A DNA stretch of 64,000 nt. It comes from Tricharina praecox (taxonomy: Eukaryota). The notes beneath the pieces were generated by a model. It searched no databases. It saw only the letters and a program-made list of their open reading frames with translations, and was not told the DNA's origin. The first letter of the stretch is position 1. Each line of letters opens with the position of its first letter. The stretch lies in assembly GCF_024521635.1 (NCBI RefSeq), contig NW_026250403.1, forward strand, positions 1,364,001 through 1,428,000. Reading direction: 5' to 3'. The position numbers and the translations under genes were made by a program. Positions 32,465-44,739 of the stretch are shown here, piece after piece.

Positions 32465-33591
32465 GAGATTCGGATGGGTGGTGGTGATGGGGGGGGGGGG
32501 GGGGGGGGGAGGGGAGGGGGGAGTGCGGCGGGGCAGAAGCCGCGGAGTGGTGTTGAACTAAGAGGACGGCCGACAAGGAAATGAATGAGGATGGCAGATG
32601 ACCGCAAGACCGCACATCGACTTCCGGTGGATTCACCTATATCTAATTCGGCAGGAAAGAAGGTTAGCGCAAAGCGCGCCGCCGCTTCGGAGGAGCCGTG
32701 CACACAGCTGAAACGTAACCAAAGAAGTTACGGATGGGGACCACAAACAGGAAGGGTGAGTATAAGCGGACAACAGCTGCAGCCGATGTTTGATTCAAAG
32801 TCGGTAGTGAAGGTTTGGCGGAGATGGACGGGAGGAGGGGTAATGAGGTAGCGGCGGTGACAGTGAGCAGTTGGCGGTGACAGTGGTAGTGGTAGCGGTA
32901 GTGGTGGGGGTAGAGGCGGTGGTGGTGAAGGTGGTGGTGGTGGTGGTAAGTGGTGGTTGTGGTAATGGTTGTGGGAGTGCTTCGCGGATGTGGCTCAACA
33001 CAAAATCCAGCCGCAACACACCAGCGATGGTGGGAAACGGGCGAAATTCAAGTACCGAGGACTCCAGAAGCCCAAGAAAATAAATCCTCTACCGCAGATA
33101 AAGGATGGCCGACTTGCTATGGCAGCGGTGGCGGAACGGACGAGCTATGCTTGCTCTGCAGAGCCGCTCACTCAATAGAAGCCTCGATATTAGGACCAAC
33201 GCGGAAAATCGGGAAAATCGGAAAATCGGAAAAAAAAAAGTCGAGGTGAGGTATCGAAGTATATTATTTTTCTGTGGGAGCCTAACAGTAACTCAGAGGC
33301 AGCCAATACGTCTGAATTGTGAGAGGTGTGCAAGAAGAACAGAAAGCTGCAAGCCGCGCCACAGTTTTCTGGGATGTGTCGGGGATATCTATCTGCGTAC
33401 GACTGTTTTTGTTGTGGTTGAAGGAGCGTGGGGATGTAGGAGATAGATGTGGTAGGTGTATCCACAGCGGGTTGACCGAGTATAAGGTGCTTGCTACCGT
33501 TGGTGCTGCTACCGTTGGTTGCTGCTGCTGTTGCTGATGCTGCTGCTGCTGCCCGGAGCAGAGAAGCAAAGGCGAAGGAATGCAAGCAAGC

Positions 33592-33650
33592 AAGGAAGGA
33601 AGGAAGGAAGGAAGGAAGGAAGGAAGGAAGGAAGGAAGGAAGGAAGGAAG
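33592..33650. repeat. (AAGG)n microsatellite, about 15 units
   Basis: Perfect purine-only tetranucleotide run. Confidence 0.95.
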
Positions 33651-34102
33651 AAAGGGCAAGACAATCCGTAGGATATACTGCGCCGCCAATAGATAAGTAG
33701 GCAATAATGCTAAAACGCTTGTGGGAGTATTTGTGGGTTCATGTATTGTATAAGTAAGTGGATCGTGCTGACTGGGCAGAGGGACCACACTTTCAGCTTC
33801 GCTTCTCTCTGTTCGGACCGTAGAATCTACAACGGTTGGGGGGTGGGTGGGGAGTGAGACGGCGGTGGAGGGGGCGGCGGCGGTGGAGATATGTGGTCGA
33901 AGTCCGGGGGCCCAAAAATGAGTGTATGCAAGTACTCTGTAGTACGTGCTTGTATGGTACCGCCTTCCGGGACTCTTCGCATTCAATGCCTGCCAGCTAG
34001 GGGCACGCAGGACAACCGAAACTCCTTGCTGTGAGTCGAGAGAGCGTGGAGGCTGCTGCTGGTGTTGCGGAGACACGGACAGGCTGCAGACAGCAGGCAG
34101 AA

Positions 34103-34156
34103 GACAGCGGACAGCGGACAGCGGACAGCGGACAGCGGACAGTGGACAGTGGACAG
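34103..34156. repeat. (GACAGYG)n heptanucleotide repeat, about 8 units
   Basis: Repeated gacagcg units followed by gacagtg variants. Confidence 0.92.
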
Positions 34157-35728
34157 CAGATAGTGGCAGCGGCAGCGGCAGAGGCAGCTGGAGCTGGAGC
34201 ACGAGCTGGAGCTGTAGCACGAGCAGAAGCAGCAGAAGCCGGAGTCGGAGTCAGAGTCGGAGCAGTATTAACAGCCCACGCAATGAATGGCGATCAATCG
34301 ATCAATCAATCGATCACTCAATTATGAGAAGAAGCACAAGAAGAATATAAGCCGACAGTGGCGGGGGAGGGCTGAAGAGAGAGTGTGTGTGGGGGAGGGG
34401 GAGCGTAGGAGGGGGCGCCGAGAGAGAGGGGCCCACCACTGACCAAGGGAGTGACAAGAAACGAATAGAAGAGAACGACGGGAGGCAAGCAGGCAGGCAG
34501 GCGAGCGAGTCGCGGGCTGGAGGAGGGAGAGAGAAGGGAAGGGAAGGGATTAGGGAAGCAGAAACCAAACACGAGCAACGGAGCAACGGAGCAGCGAGCG
34601 AGCAAGCAACAGAGCAACGAGCAATGAGCAACCAGCACCAAGGACTGTTCGGTCAAGTCAGACACGCTGCGACCTGCAGCGTGGAAAGCTCGTGGCAGAA
34701 AACGGAAGGGAGGGATGGAGCGAGCGAGGGAGGGGCTGGAATCGAATATGGATTCCCCATGCTACCCTCTAGTTAGAGCACATAGAGTAGAGTGGCATCG
34801 AGCTGGCCTAGCGACATCCCCCAGCACAGCTGCCTGCGAGAAGGCAAGTCGGTGATCGGAACACTCTGCGCAGAGAGCAGCAGCATGATGAGTTCCACTC
34901 ACTGCCTCTCGCCTGGGAGCGGGAAAATGGGAAAACGGGAAAAGAAAGAAAAACACAACAATTCGCAAAAGAAAGAAAAGGAAAACAAAAGAAGGAAAAG
35001 GGAAAAAAAAGAAAAGGATTTACTCTACAGACGTCGTGTGTGGTTACATTTTCGATGATTCGGAGCTAACTTATTACTCTAGAGTAGGCCACAGTTGCCC
35101 ACAGTTTACCCCGGTACGGTATCGAAGGATGGATGGATGGGGTGCGGAATTTGGGACGCCTCAACCCCTGTAGCCAAACGCCGTGCACCCAGACCCAGGC
35201 AAAGACAGAATCTCACTTTCACTCTGCCTTCCTGGTTGCGCGCGCACTGGTTGATCAGAAAACTTCCTATCCAATCATCCGCCGCCCAATTGGGACAAAA
35301 TCCCCTCATTGGTGGCTTCGAAGGGGCCGTCCTTCTCGAACGTAGAGTGCTGTGCGGTATGGTATGGTATGGTACGGTACACACTCGGAGAAGAGCACAC
35401 GCAACGGTAGGTAGATCTTGGGATGACCCGGTACTAGAGTACCTGTGTGGTCTCTATAAGCGCCGACTGCGACCATACATACCAGTACATGGTTTCGGAT
35501 CCTGAAGTACATAGTACGGTACCGACGGACGCATCGCCATCAGCATTGGCTCTGCAACCCTCGACTGACGCGATGGGATATGTACCCAGTTGTAGCTTTG
35601 GATGGACGGGATGGACGGGCTATGTGGGGCCGAATGTCCCAGGCTGATCCACTTGGCTTGCCTCGAGCTCGTATGTACGTGTGTACTAGTGCACGCAAGT
35701 CTCCACGGCAGTAGATACTCTACGGAGC

Positions 35729-35761
35729 GGTACTTCAGAGGTACTTCAGAGGTACTTCAGA
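35729..35761. repeat. 11-bp tandem repeat x3
   Basis: GGTACTTCAGA x3. Confidence 0.9.
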
Positions 35762-37510
35762 TGTAAGTACGCAGAGCTCTCGCAGCGCATCCTCGAGCTT
35801 CGGTCCGACCCCATCGTATCGACGGACGCCGCCAGCTCCTGTAACGCAGGTGAGGTGTCGGAGGTGCGTGTGATGGACGCATTCGGTATTCGGCGGGTAT
35901 TCGCAGTTTCCGGGCGCCGACGACTGAAAGTTGAAACCAGTGTGAGCAACTATTTCGTCCATCCGTCGGAATCCTACACTTGACGCCGTATTGGCGGTGG
36001 TGGTGGTGGCGGTGGTGGTGGTGGATGTGGTGGTGGTGGATGTCGAGATGACCCTGGTTGGTGTCGGAGAACGCCCAGAAGTTAGATATCGTGCACGTTC
36101 GAAGTGGGAATTGCTGAAACCCGAGACCCAGGATCCGGACCAGCACGATCCCTTCGCGAGACACTGCCACTGCCACTGCCGGGACCGGCGTTTAGGTTGG
36201 ATATCGCCCCGCAGTCGCGTCGTTTCCAGCCAGAGAAGCCAGATGTTAGACTTCGTGATACATCTCGTCCACCGATCCGACGGTTTCGGGTTGCGCGCCA
36301 GGGCCAGCCCTGGCAGTAGGGCTGGGAGGGATCGTTCGTGTGATACAGCACATATGTTTTGTGTTTTGCCGGCCGGTTGGAAGATTGGCGCGGCTATCTC
36401 CCCCATGCCAACGCGCCTGGCCGGGCCTTTTGTCGACAGTGGTGGTGTCGGCGGCCGCCGCAGAACAGCACTTTGGACTCGTTCGCCACACGATATCCCG
36501 GAAAGTGCAAAATCGAGAAAGAATACTAGTAAATAAAGTGCGAGGCTTAAAAATTATTCCGGAATATATAGATAAATCCAAATACATACCAACAGAGTTA
36601 GTCTGTCCTGCCCATGCTAGATTAAACATGAAACCCGTGGGAAATGGCAATCTGGATGCAGGATCACGACGCCACAACCCATTGGGGAGTAACTCGTCTG
36701 TACTGGGTGAAGGTTTGTGTCGAAAGAGGAAATGAGCCCGTCAACCCACAGTCCGGCAGGAAGCGAGAAGTTTCAGGAAGAGAGCGAGCGAGCGTGGGCG
36801 GGCGGGCGAGCCAGCCAGCCCATAATACAAACACATCCCACATCCACATATCCACCGCGATGCGTGGTGGGATGGGATGCGGTGGGACGTGCATCGATAT
36901 TGATTTGTGTGCAACCAAACCGAGAAGGGATTTGCTCGCGAACAAGCAGAATAGCAGAGTGGTGCAAATTGCGCTCCCCCAAGATACAGCCGGAATCAGC
37001 AATTCGAAGATTGTCCGTGTTCATTCATTTGGCACCCGCGCGTCAGTGTCGTCGTAGGTAACTTCTTTTGCCGCCAACGAGCAGCTACTCTACCTAGTAG
37101 GCACGTGCAAAGTGGAGAACGGAGACCTCCCCCAAGAAACCGCATGCACTCATCAAATCTTCCGGATCTGCTCTGCATGGATCTTTGGCCCTCTCTCTGC
37201 TGCGCGGATGGCCCATCAATTCGCCCGAATCGATGGCCGCCTGGCACGAGCGGGGACCGCCGCAAGATTGTCGTTCGTCAGCTTGGAGCATAAACATTTC
37301 TATCTCGTCTTTCGTGTTCCTCCGGCCATGCAGTTCTTCACGGTATAGTAGCATCCCTCTCCTCTCATCTCTCTCTCTCGCTCTCGTTACCGTATTCGCA
37401 CCCCTTTGATCTACTCTACAGCAGAGTGTGGCTCATGATCAGCCCGCCCACCCGCGTCCTCGATTTCGGTAATCTCGCCGTTGGGCTTTCGTGCAGCTGC
37501 GTATCGCTGA

Positions 37511-37544
37511 TGAGTGTGAGTGTGAGTGTGAGTGTGAGTGTGAG
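37511..37544. repeat. (TGAGTG)n hexanucleotide repeat
   Basis: About 5.7 perfect units. Confidence 0.9.
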
Positions 37545-38457
37545 CACAAAAAAATTCTGATATCAATAATGTATTGTACACATGGCCAACGGCGTAGGTA
37601 GGTGGTTACCACCCAGAGTAGTAGAGTACCGTAGAGCAATTGCCCTTCCAACCCGGCCCTGTAGAGTACCTACAGACGAGCCGCGACCCCCCAATTTCTC
37701 TCGATAGATATCTGCCGGCTCTACCCGCGGCCTGCTGCTGCTGCTGCTGTCCACCCGGGCCGAGTCCAGTGTTAACTAACAACATAGCGGCTGGTTCTTG
37801 GCCCGTTGGCACTGGCAGGCGACATCTGTCTGGTCTGCTTCGAGTGTTTTTAAAAAACTCCGGGTTAGTTCTCCGTCTGTTGTGGTGGGGGGGGGGGGGG
37901 GGGAGGGGGGATTCGATACGATGGTGCCCTCCCCTCCCCTCCCCTCCCCTCGTGCGTTCGCTTGCCTGCCTGCTATGCCCCTTCATGTTGATCGTGATCC
38001 GGCGTGCATACTACATATCATACTTCGTTCAGGCTGCTATTATGATACCTACAGTAGAGCACTCTACATACCGTACTGTTGTGTTGTGTTGTCGTCGCTG
38101 GCTGCAGTCAGTCAGTCAACTTCTTACCGACCGCCGAATATTATTATTATTTTTAAAAAAGCAATTTGTCATTCCGTTCCCAGGACCACTGTTGAAACAC
38201 CACGAAGTACCGGATTCGGAGATGACTGGGGGTGGTGGGTGGTGGTCCAAGAACTAAGTACCGTACATAGCAAGCAAGCAAAAGCTGAGACAAAAACAAC
38301 GTGCTGGTGTTGCCCGCCAGGGGTTCACTTTGCTCGGGACCAAATTCCGCTTCGGGGGCGCTGGGCTGGGGCTTTGGGTGGTGGTGGTGGTGGTGGTGGG
38401 CGCTCTGGTCGCATTGTGGTGTGGCGCTTGCTTGCGGTGGGGGAAGAGGGGGGGAGA

Positions 38458-38530
38458 GGAGGTGAGGTGGGAGGTGAGGTGGGAGGTGAGGTGGGAGGTG
38501 AGGTGGGAGGAGGTGGGAGGAGGTGGGAGG
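38458..38530. repeat. G-rich 12-bp tandem repeat
   Basis: (GGAGGTGAGGTG)x4 then shortened AGGTGGGAGG units. Confidence 0.9.
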
Positions 38531-41500
38531 GGCTCCCAGCGTGCTGGTTCGATGACTCTGGCTGGCTGGACTCTGGATTCGGATTGGGAAGCGGGCACGC
38601 ATTCGATGGAGATCGGGAGACATCCTTGTTAGTCATGTCGAGTGCTGGCTGCGCAGAAATGAAAAATAAGAAAACAAAAGATAAAAGATGGTTTTGTGAG
38701 ATAAAAATCACAATCATCGTAACGATTGTACTCAAGGTACTCAGTGACTACCAAGTATGCACGCAGGTGGATGCGAGTGAAAAAATTTACTACTGCGAAG
38801 TTTTCGCATTTGCAGTGTCCAAATCCGGATGTTTGGGGGATACTTGATCGCGGGCTGCTCCTCCACGATCCAATAAGGCTTCCTCACCGTTGGCCAGCAG
38901 TGGGGCCGACTGGAAGGTTTTTTGTGCAATATCAAATGAACCAGCTCACACAGCAGCTCGGGCTGCTCATTCGCAGAATTGTCCTCGGCAACCCAGCCAT
39001 GCCGGCCTCAGCATCTTATCTGATGCCAGTGAATAAACAAACCCCTCCTGTGCTGGGTGTGTAGGACGAGCTCGACTCGAGCCAGTAGGACTTGGTGAAT
39101 CCTCCGGGTTTTTGCCTCGATCCATCCATCCCACTCCTCACTCTTGCTGCTTGCTCCGGGCTCGCATGCATGCGCAGAACAAAGGCAACGGTAAAAACTC
39201 GCAAATAACCCACTCAGTCCACCGTTGATGAATGACGGAACACGATGCCAAATTTGCAAGGTGGGCCAATTGGGGGAAGGGCGGCTTCGCAGTACCGTCG
39301 AGTGGACATATATCCAATGTCCTTCTCCACCCGCCCGCCTCCTCCTCGCGGGTGAGGGGGCGCCCTGTGGCCCTGGGCTCCAGGAATGAGTGGCGTCCTG
39401 TCAGCGGCGAAACACATTTCCCCTCCATCCATCGAACCATGCCACCCCCGCAATGCATACGTCACAGTGTGCGGTTTCGGCTGCGCTCGCCGGCAGGAAT
39501 TGAAAATCCAATCACACCTCAACCCAAAGGTCAGCACCGGAACTGCGCGTTCGACTTACTGCAGCAGCATGCCAGCTTTCACGACGCAGGTCGGCGAGGA
39601 TTGGACGGAGAGCCATACACACAGACCAGACGCAGCGGGCGTCGACGCGTACGCGTTGGCGTGCAGCAGCAGCATCAGCAGCAGCAGCAGCTTCAGCCCT
39701 TCGGACTTCGCACAACCGGCTTAGAAAGTTTTGTGATTGTAATTGGCTGCAGCAACCTCCGAATATCCGTATTCGACACCATGAAAGTGGTTCGAGCCCT
39801 CCCCCCCTCCCGCGATGTCTCTGGTTCGCCGCACGCGCAGGGCCAATTTGCGTTTGAACCGTAAGATGAGAGGACCGGAAGCAATAGAATACCCTTTTGC
39901 TACCTATGTGCTCCGGACGGTCGGCTGCGGGATTGCAAATAATCCAATCCGAGAGCCGGCGGATACATGTGACTGTGAAATTTCCCCTCCTTTGTTCATT
40001 TATGATTGCTATCCCATCACGGATGGACGAGAGCTGATGAATGAATGGCGTTGAATTTCGAAAGTGAGGGGGCCCGCGGCGATGTTATTTTATTTGCTGT
40101 TCCTGTCTGGACGCAGAACGCGGGGTCGTAGGGTACGACGGTAGGAGACCGGTACCTCGACCGAATGAAGAGATATAGTATAAGTGAATTAGACCATCCC
40201 CTTCGCTCATCATTCATGACCGGTAATCTAGGTAGCTAATGAATGTCAACCAGAGTTTTACCATCCATCATTCACACGGGCCAGGCCGGTGCCGGGGCCG
40301 AGCCGGGCCACCTGTCGGCTGGAGATGACAACTTACGTACTTCCCGAACTTTCCGGCGCCGGCCGCGTGTCGCAATGAGCGAGAACCCCAAGAAGTCGAC
40401 GGGGCGTGTTCGTCATGAATGTAATCGAAGTGAAGCCATTAGCGCGACGAAGACGTGAATGGGGGTCGGCGCGATGTCACGTGTGTCGCCCTGCAGCAAG
40501 GCACTCACCCCCCCAGGAGGGAAGCGGGTCTCGGATGGACGAGCCGCAGACGTCATACCAAAACTGCTCGTGGAGGATGAATAGGAGAGGGTAGACGAAC
40601 CCACATCAGCCGAAAATCGGATGAAGAGCTCGAGGCTTTCGCCAGTGATCGACAGCATCGCCAGTTCCCGATGGGAGAAGGAAAGTATCTACATACAGAG
40701 CATAATCCAGCCAGGAGGTCCTATCGCTCCGATAACCAACAAACATAAAAACGGATCCGACAAAGAGGGGAAGCCGGCTCATCCGTATTATCGGTGCCGG
40801 AAGAAGAAGACCGACACTGGAATTTCACCTTCAATCACCGCAAGTAGCGTGTTTGGGATTGACTCCTACATGCATATGTAATGTACACGCCCTTAGATTC
40901 TTCTCACTCCGGCCCCCGCCGGTGCCCTTGGGGGACTAACTAGCCAGGTAGACAATTCTCGATCCGATAATTCGAGGTCTGGGTTGGGTTTCGAAGGATA
41001 ACCCAACCCAACCCGCATCTACTCTATGCAGATAGTGAGGTACCGGAGCATCGTCAATGGCCCTTCGCCTTCGCCTTCGCTTCCCAGTCCCAGTCCCCCT
41101 TCGTTCCCTCCTCCGTTCGAGCATCTTCCCGATCGGGCTCTCCATTAATATCAAATGCGTAAAGTGCTACTTGTGGGACCCGGTAATCATTAATGTAAAC
41201 ATCCTCGTGAAATACAATGCGCAACGTTAATGAGGAGCCTATCTCAGCCCTCGGTGGAGATGATAGATACAAAGCCCCACACAGGCACAGCACAGTTCGA
41301 GTTAATTGCTGACGCGTACGTACGCAGCCCCCTCCCCTCCCCCCTTATGCGCGACATCCATCTCACGCACGTATGTAGGATGTATGTATATGTACGCCAC
41401 AGACCGACCCGGAGTGCAGTAACTAGAGTACTCTAATGGAGTGACTACCAGTGATCCGGACCCACCACCACCACCGCCAGAAGCCACCTGCATTGGAAGG

Positions 41501-41610
41501 GAAGGAACTGATGTCCCAAAAAAACCTTGCATTAGGTGTATAGACTACCGATTTGAATTTCACCTCATCTCATCTCGCGCTCCTTGCGTCTTCCCCTTCC
41601 CCTTTAGGTG

Positions 41611-41688
41611 CTCCAAGCCTCCAAGCCTCCAAGCCTCCAAGCCTCCAAGCCTCCAAGCCTCCAGGCCTCCAGGCCTCCAAGCCTCCAA
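41611..41688. repeat. (CTCCAAGC)n octanucleotide repeat, about 10 units
   Basis: Tandem ctccaagc with two ctccaggc variants. Confidence 0.93.
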
Positions 41689-42185
41689 CACCGCCACCCC
41701 AAGTTCCAACACCTGATAGTTAACTGGCACAGCAGAGAGTAGAGTACTGGAACACATTATTTGATACATCAGACATCACTCACATCCTCCACCACCACCG
41801 CCACCGACACAGCGCATAAGATATTAAAAAGTTCTGGAGGATTACACTTCTCCAATACAACACAGCTCCACCCGTGAGCAGATGTAATCCATGGGAAGGA
41901 CAGAGGGAAAAAAATGAAACAAGAAAACAAATCCTAAAAAGAATTCGCCCCGCCCGCCAGCCCGCCGCTGCTGTAACGCCGTTGAAAAACCCCGCACGCC
42001 AAAAAAAAGGATAATAGAATAATTATATCCCGCCAACCCGAGGGTGCCGTTGTTGAGACTCAAAATAGTGTTGGATGGGGGTGGATGAAAGAACCCGCAC
42101 AAATGTGGACCAAAAAAATAAAAGGGATTTATCATACAAAGTTCGCTGGGGCGGAATTAGTTATATAGTGGTGGCATTGCCCAGC

Positions 42186-44739
42186 CTAAGTTGTCGTGCA
42201 TGTGTCTCGTGGCATCGTGGTCGTCGTCGTGGTTCGTCCAGTAAAAATAGGTCCAAACCGCCGTTTCCTGGCCCTCCACTCGCTCCTAACCACCTTCATC
42301 AGGAGATCCTCGTCCTTGACCGGTATGAAGCTCGTCAAATTCTTCATCGCGTCCTCGAAATCTGATCTAAGAATGATGGTCTTGCAACCATCCAGGATGG
42401 CTGAACTAGTTGCGTGCAGGACATCTAGTGTCCCGTTGAAGTGGGTGCCCGATATCTTGGTATCGGGGTCCCCAAGAAGCATGAAAACATCCCATACGCG
42501 GAGCTGTGCGGCAAATGGAATCGAGTAGTTGAAGAGCGTAAGATACCAACGGGTCCCGTAGGCAGTGGGGCCAATTCCGACGCTGGTCTGCAGAGGAGAT
42601 GCGTAAGCATGAGCATTATTTATCACTCGACGCCTGGCTGTAACTCACAAGTTTCTTGCTGATTTGATTTCCCTTCATCCAACCAATCTCGAACTCATCC
42701 AGTGCCGCCATTAGCCCGTCAAACCCAGGCTGCTGGTACAGTTTCTCCAGCCCCCTCAGTTCCCACAATCGCACCATCATCACAAATGCCGTCTCTTCGT
42801 CGTAGTAGCATAGCAGCGTGGCCGCGATGCTCGCCATCCCCTGCACATATCCGGTATCGGGAAAGTAGAGTGCCAGAGAATGAAGCACCCGGAAGAGCAG
42901 ACGCTGCCCTCCCCTGTATCTCCTTCGGAACATGATGTGATAGCTGATGGTTCGCGGTACATCTAGATCAATCTGCACATCATCCGATGACGGCCTCTCA
43001 AGTAATTCCTGGGGGAAAAAATTAGATATGCCTTCGTATTTCCTTCGCGGGCCCACTTACGTTGTAGATGTTGACCAATTCATCATCAGGCTTTCCGATC
43101 CCCCTCGATGTAGCGCTAGCAGTCAGGAATGCATGCCATGCAGCTCCTCTCCAACAATCCGGGATCCCTTTCCAGGTTCTACTAATGACCTTTGGGTCGT
43201 TGGTGTCGAACTTCCATTCCACGCCAGCGCCCTTGCCGGCTGGAGTTCCCCTTCCGGACCTCGTCGTCCGTCTAGCCATTTCCCTCCATTTGCGTGATCG
43301 GTTGTTTTCTTTGTCTCGCATCACAATCGACTTGCCCGGAAGCGGTGACTTAAGCATCTCGGGTGCAGAAGGCGACAGGCGCAGCGTCTTGAACGCAAGT
43401 GGCAGGGGCCTCTTTCGCGGTTGTTGCGACTGAAGGAAGAGCGCTGTGGCAACGCGCTTCGGGGCGGCCTTTGCACCTGGTGGAGCCTGTGATGACGAGC
43501 TGATGTATGCGTGATTTATGAAGCCGTAACTGAAACATTGAGTGAGTCGTTATGATTTCAGAAGGGGAAAGACCACTTACCGGTCAACATCGAAGCCCTC
43601 CAGGTCCTCCCAGTCCTCAATTCCTCCCGCCAAGCTGTACCTCTTAATCTCCTCATGCGCTACTACTACTTCTTCCTCTGCAGCTCCGAGCATCCTAAGA
43701 TCTGTCGTGGCGTCAGAAATAATCTCAGCTATCTTATCTGGGCTTTGAAGAAACTACCTTCTACACTCCCGCCTAAACGGCTTCTTCGGGAAATCTCTTT
43801 GCTCGCGCCTGGAAAACTGCTTCTAGTCCCTCTGATTTGAGATACTCCGGCAGCCGCTCCCTCCTCAATGATACTAGATATCCGCCTTTGGGGAATATCG
43901 GAGAACTGGCTGCTAGCATCGCTCGCAATTGTCCCAAAACCAGAATCGTAGAGACTTCGGACCTTCAAACTGAGCACTTCATCCTCCCGCGAGATAGTGG
44001 AGGGTGCAACGAGGCTGCGTCCTCCGATTGATCCGGCGGCAATCGACCGCGTGTCGGCTGTACCATAAGAAACATTTCTGACACTCTGCATGACTATTGC
44101 GGAAGGTGTTGATGGTGTCGCGACGGCCACAATCTCGGGATTATGTGTTGTCTTTTCTAATTCTGATTCCGATGTATGGAGACTGGGGGCAATCTCCTGC
44201 AGTACTGCGGCAGGGTCGTTCAGAACAATCGGTGTGGCAATGACAGGGCCCGGTGTGGATGTGGTGGTGGTTTGCTGCAAAGATTCCGAGTCCATCATTG
44301 AAGCGAGGCCCGAATCACGCTTCATGTTGCGGTCTTGCTCGCGCTGAAATTCGATTGCCCTATTTTCGATGTAGCCGCCCTTTGAAAGAAAGAACGACGC
44401 GTCATTTTGTATGGCCTCCTTGTCCTGCTCCCCATCCTCTTCAAACTTTAACTCCTCCGGTGGGGGGTCGGTCGCTGACGGCCCAATTTCGGGAGTTTCG
44501 TCCTCGTCTTCTACCTGTGGTAACAGATGTGTATCGGCTACCTGCGTCTCGTCTTCCAGCTCGTCACCCGATTCCGTAGCTTGTGGTGGCGGAGGTGGTG
44601 GTAACTCTGTAAGAGACGCGGGAACAGGAGGTGGTGGAGGAGGATAGGAGGGAGGAATGCTGTAGTCGCAATCAGCCGTCGGGACCCGCTGTAGGCTTGC
44701 TGCCGGTTCCTCCACCGCTGCCGGTTCGCCCATCTGCAT
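42186..44739 (-). CDS. TBC/Rab-GAP domain protein (TBC1D10-like) with long disordered N-terminus
   Basis: Motifs IEDWEDLEGFDVDRYGF, RTWKGIPDCWRGAAW, QIDLDVPRT (IxxDxxR finger), GYVQGM (Q finger) and YGTRWYLTLF...LRVWDVFML. Introns 43702-43757, 43530-43580, 43009-43060 and 42588-42648. Start is ATG 44739 or 44733. Confidence 0.92.

Noticed and set aside
33282..34220. 312 aa ORF in the gene desert
   Set aside because: It is translated microsatellites (LPSF, CPLSAVR, poly-Q) with no coding signal.
37798..38847. 349 aa ORF
   Set aside because: It is kept open by G-rich repeats, has a non-ATG start and shows no domain.
39785..39802. tRNA-like B-box GGTTCGAGCCC
   Set aside because: No A-box, acceptor stem or cloverleaf could be built around it.
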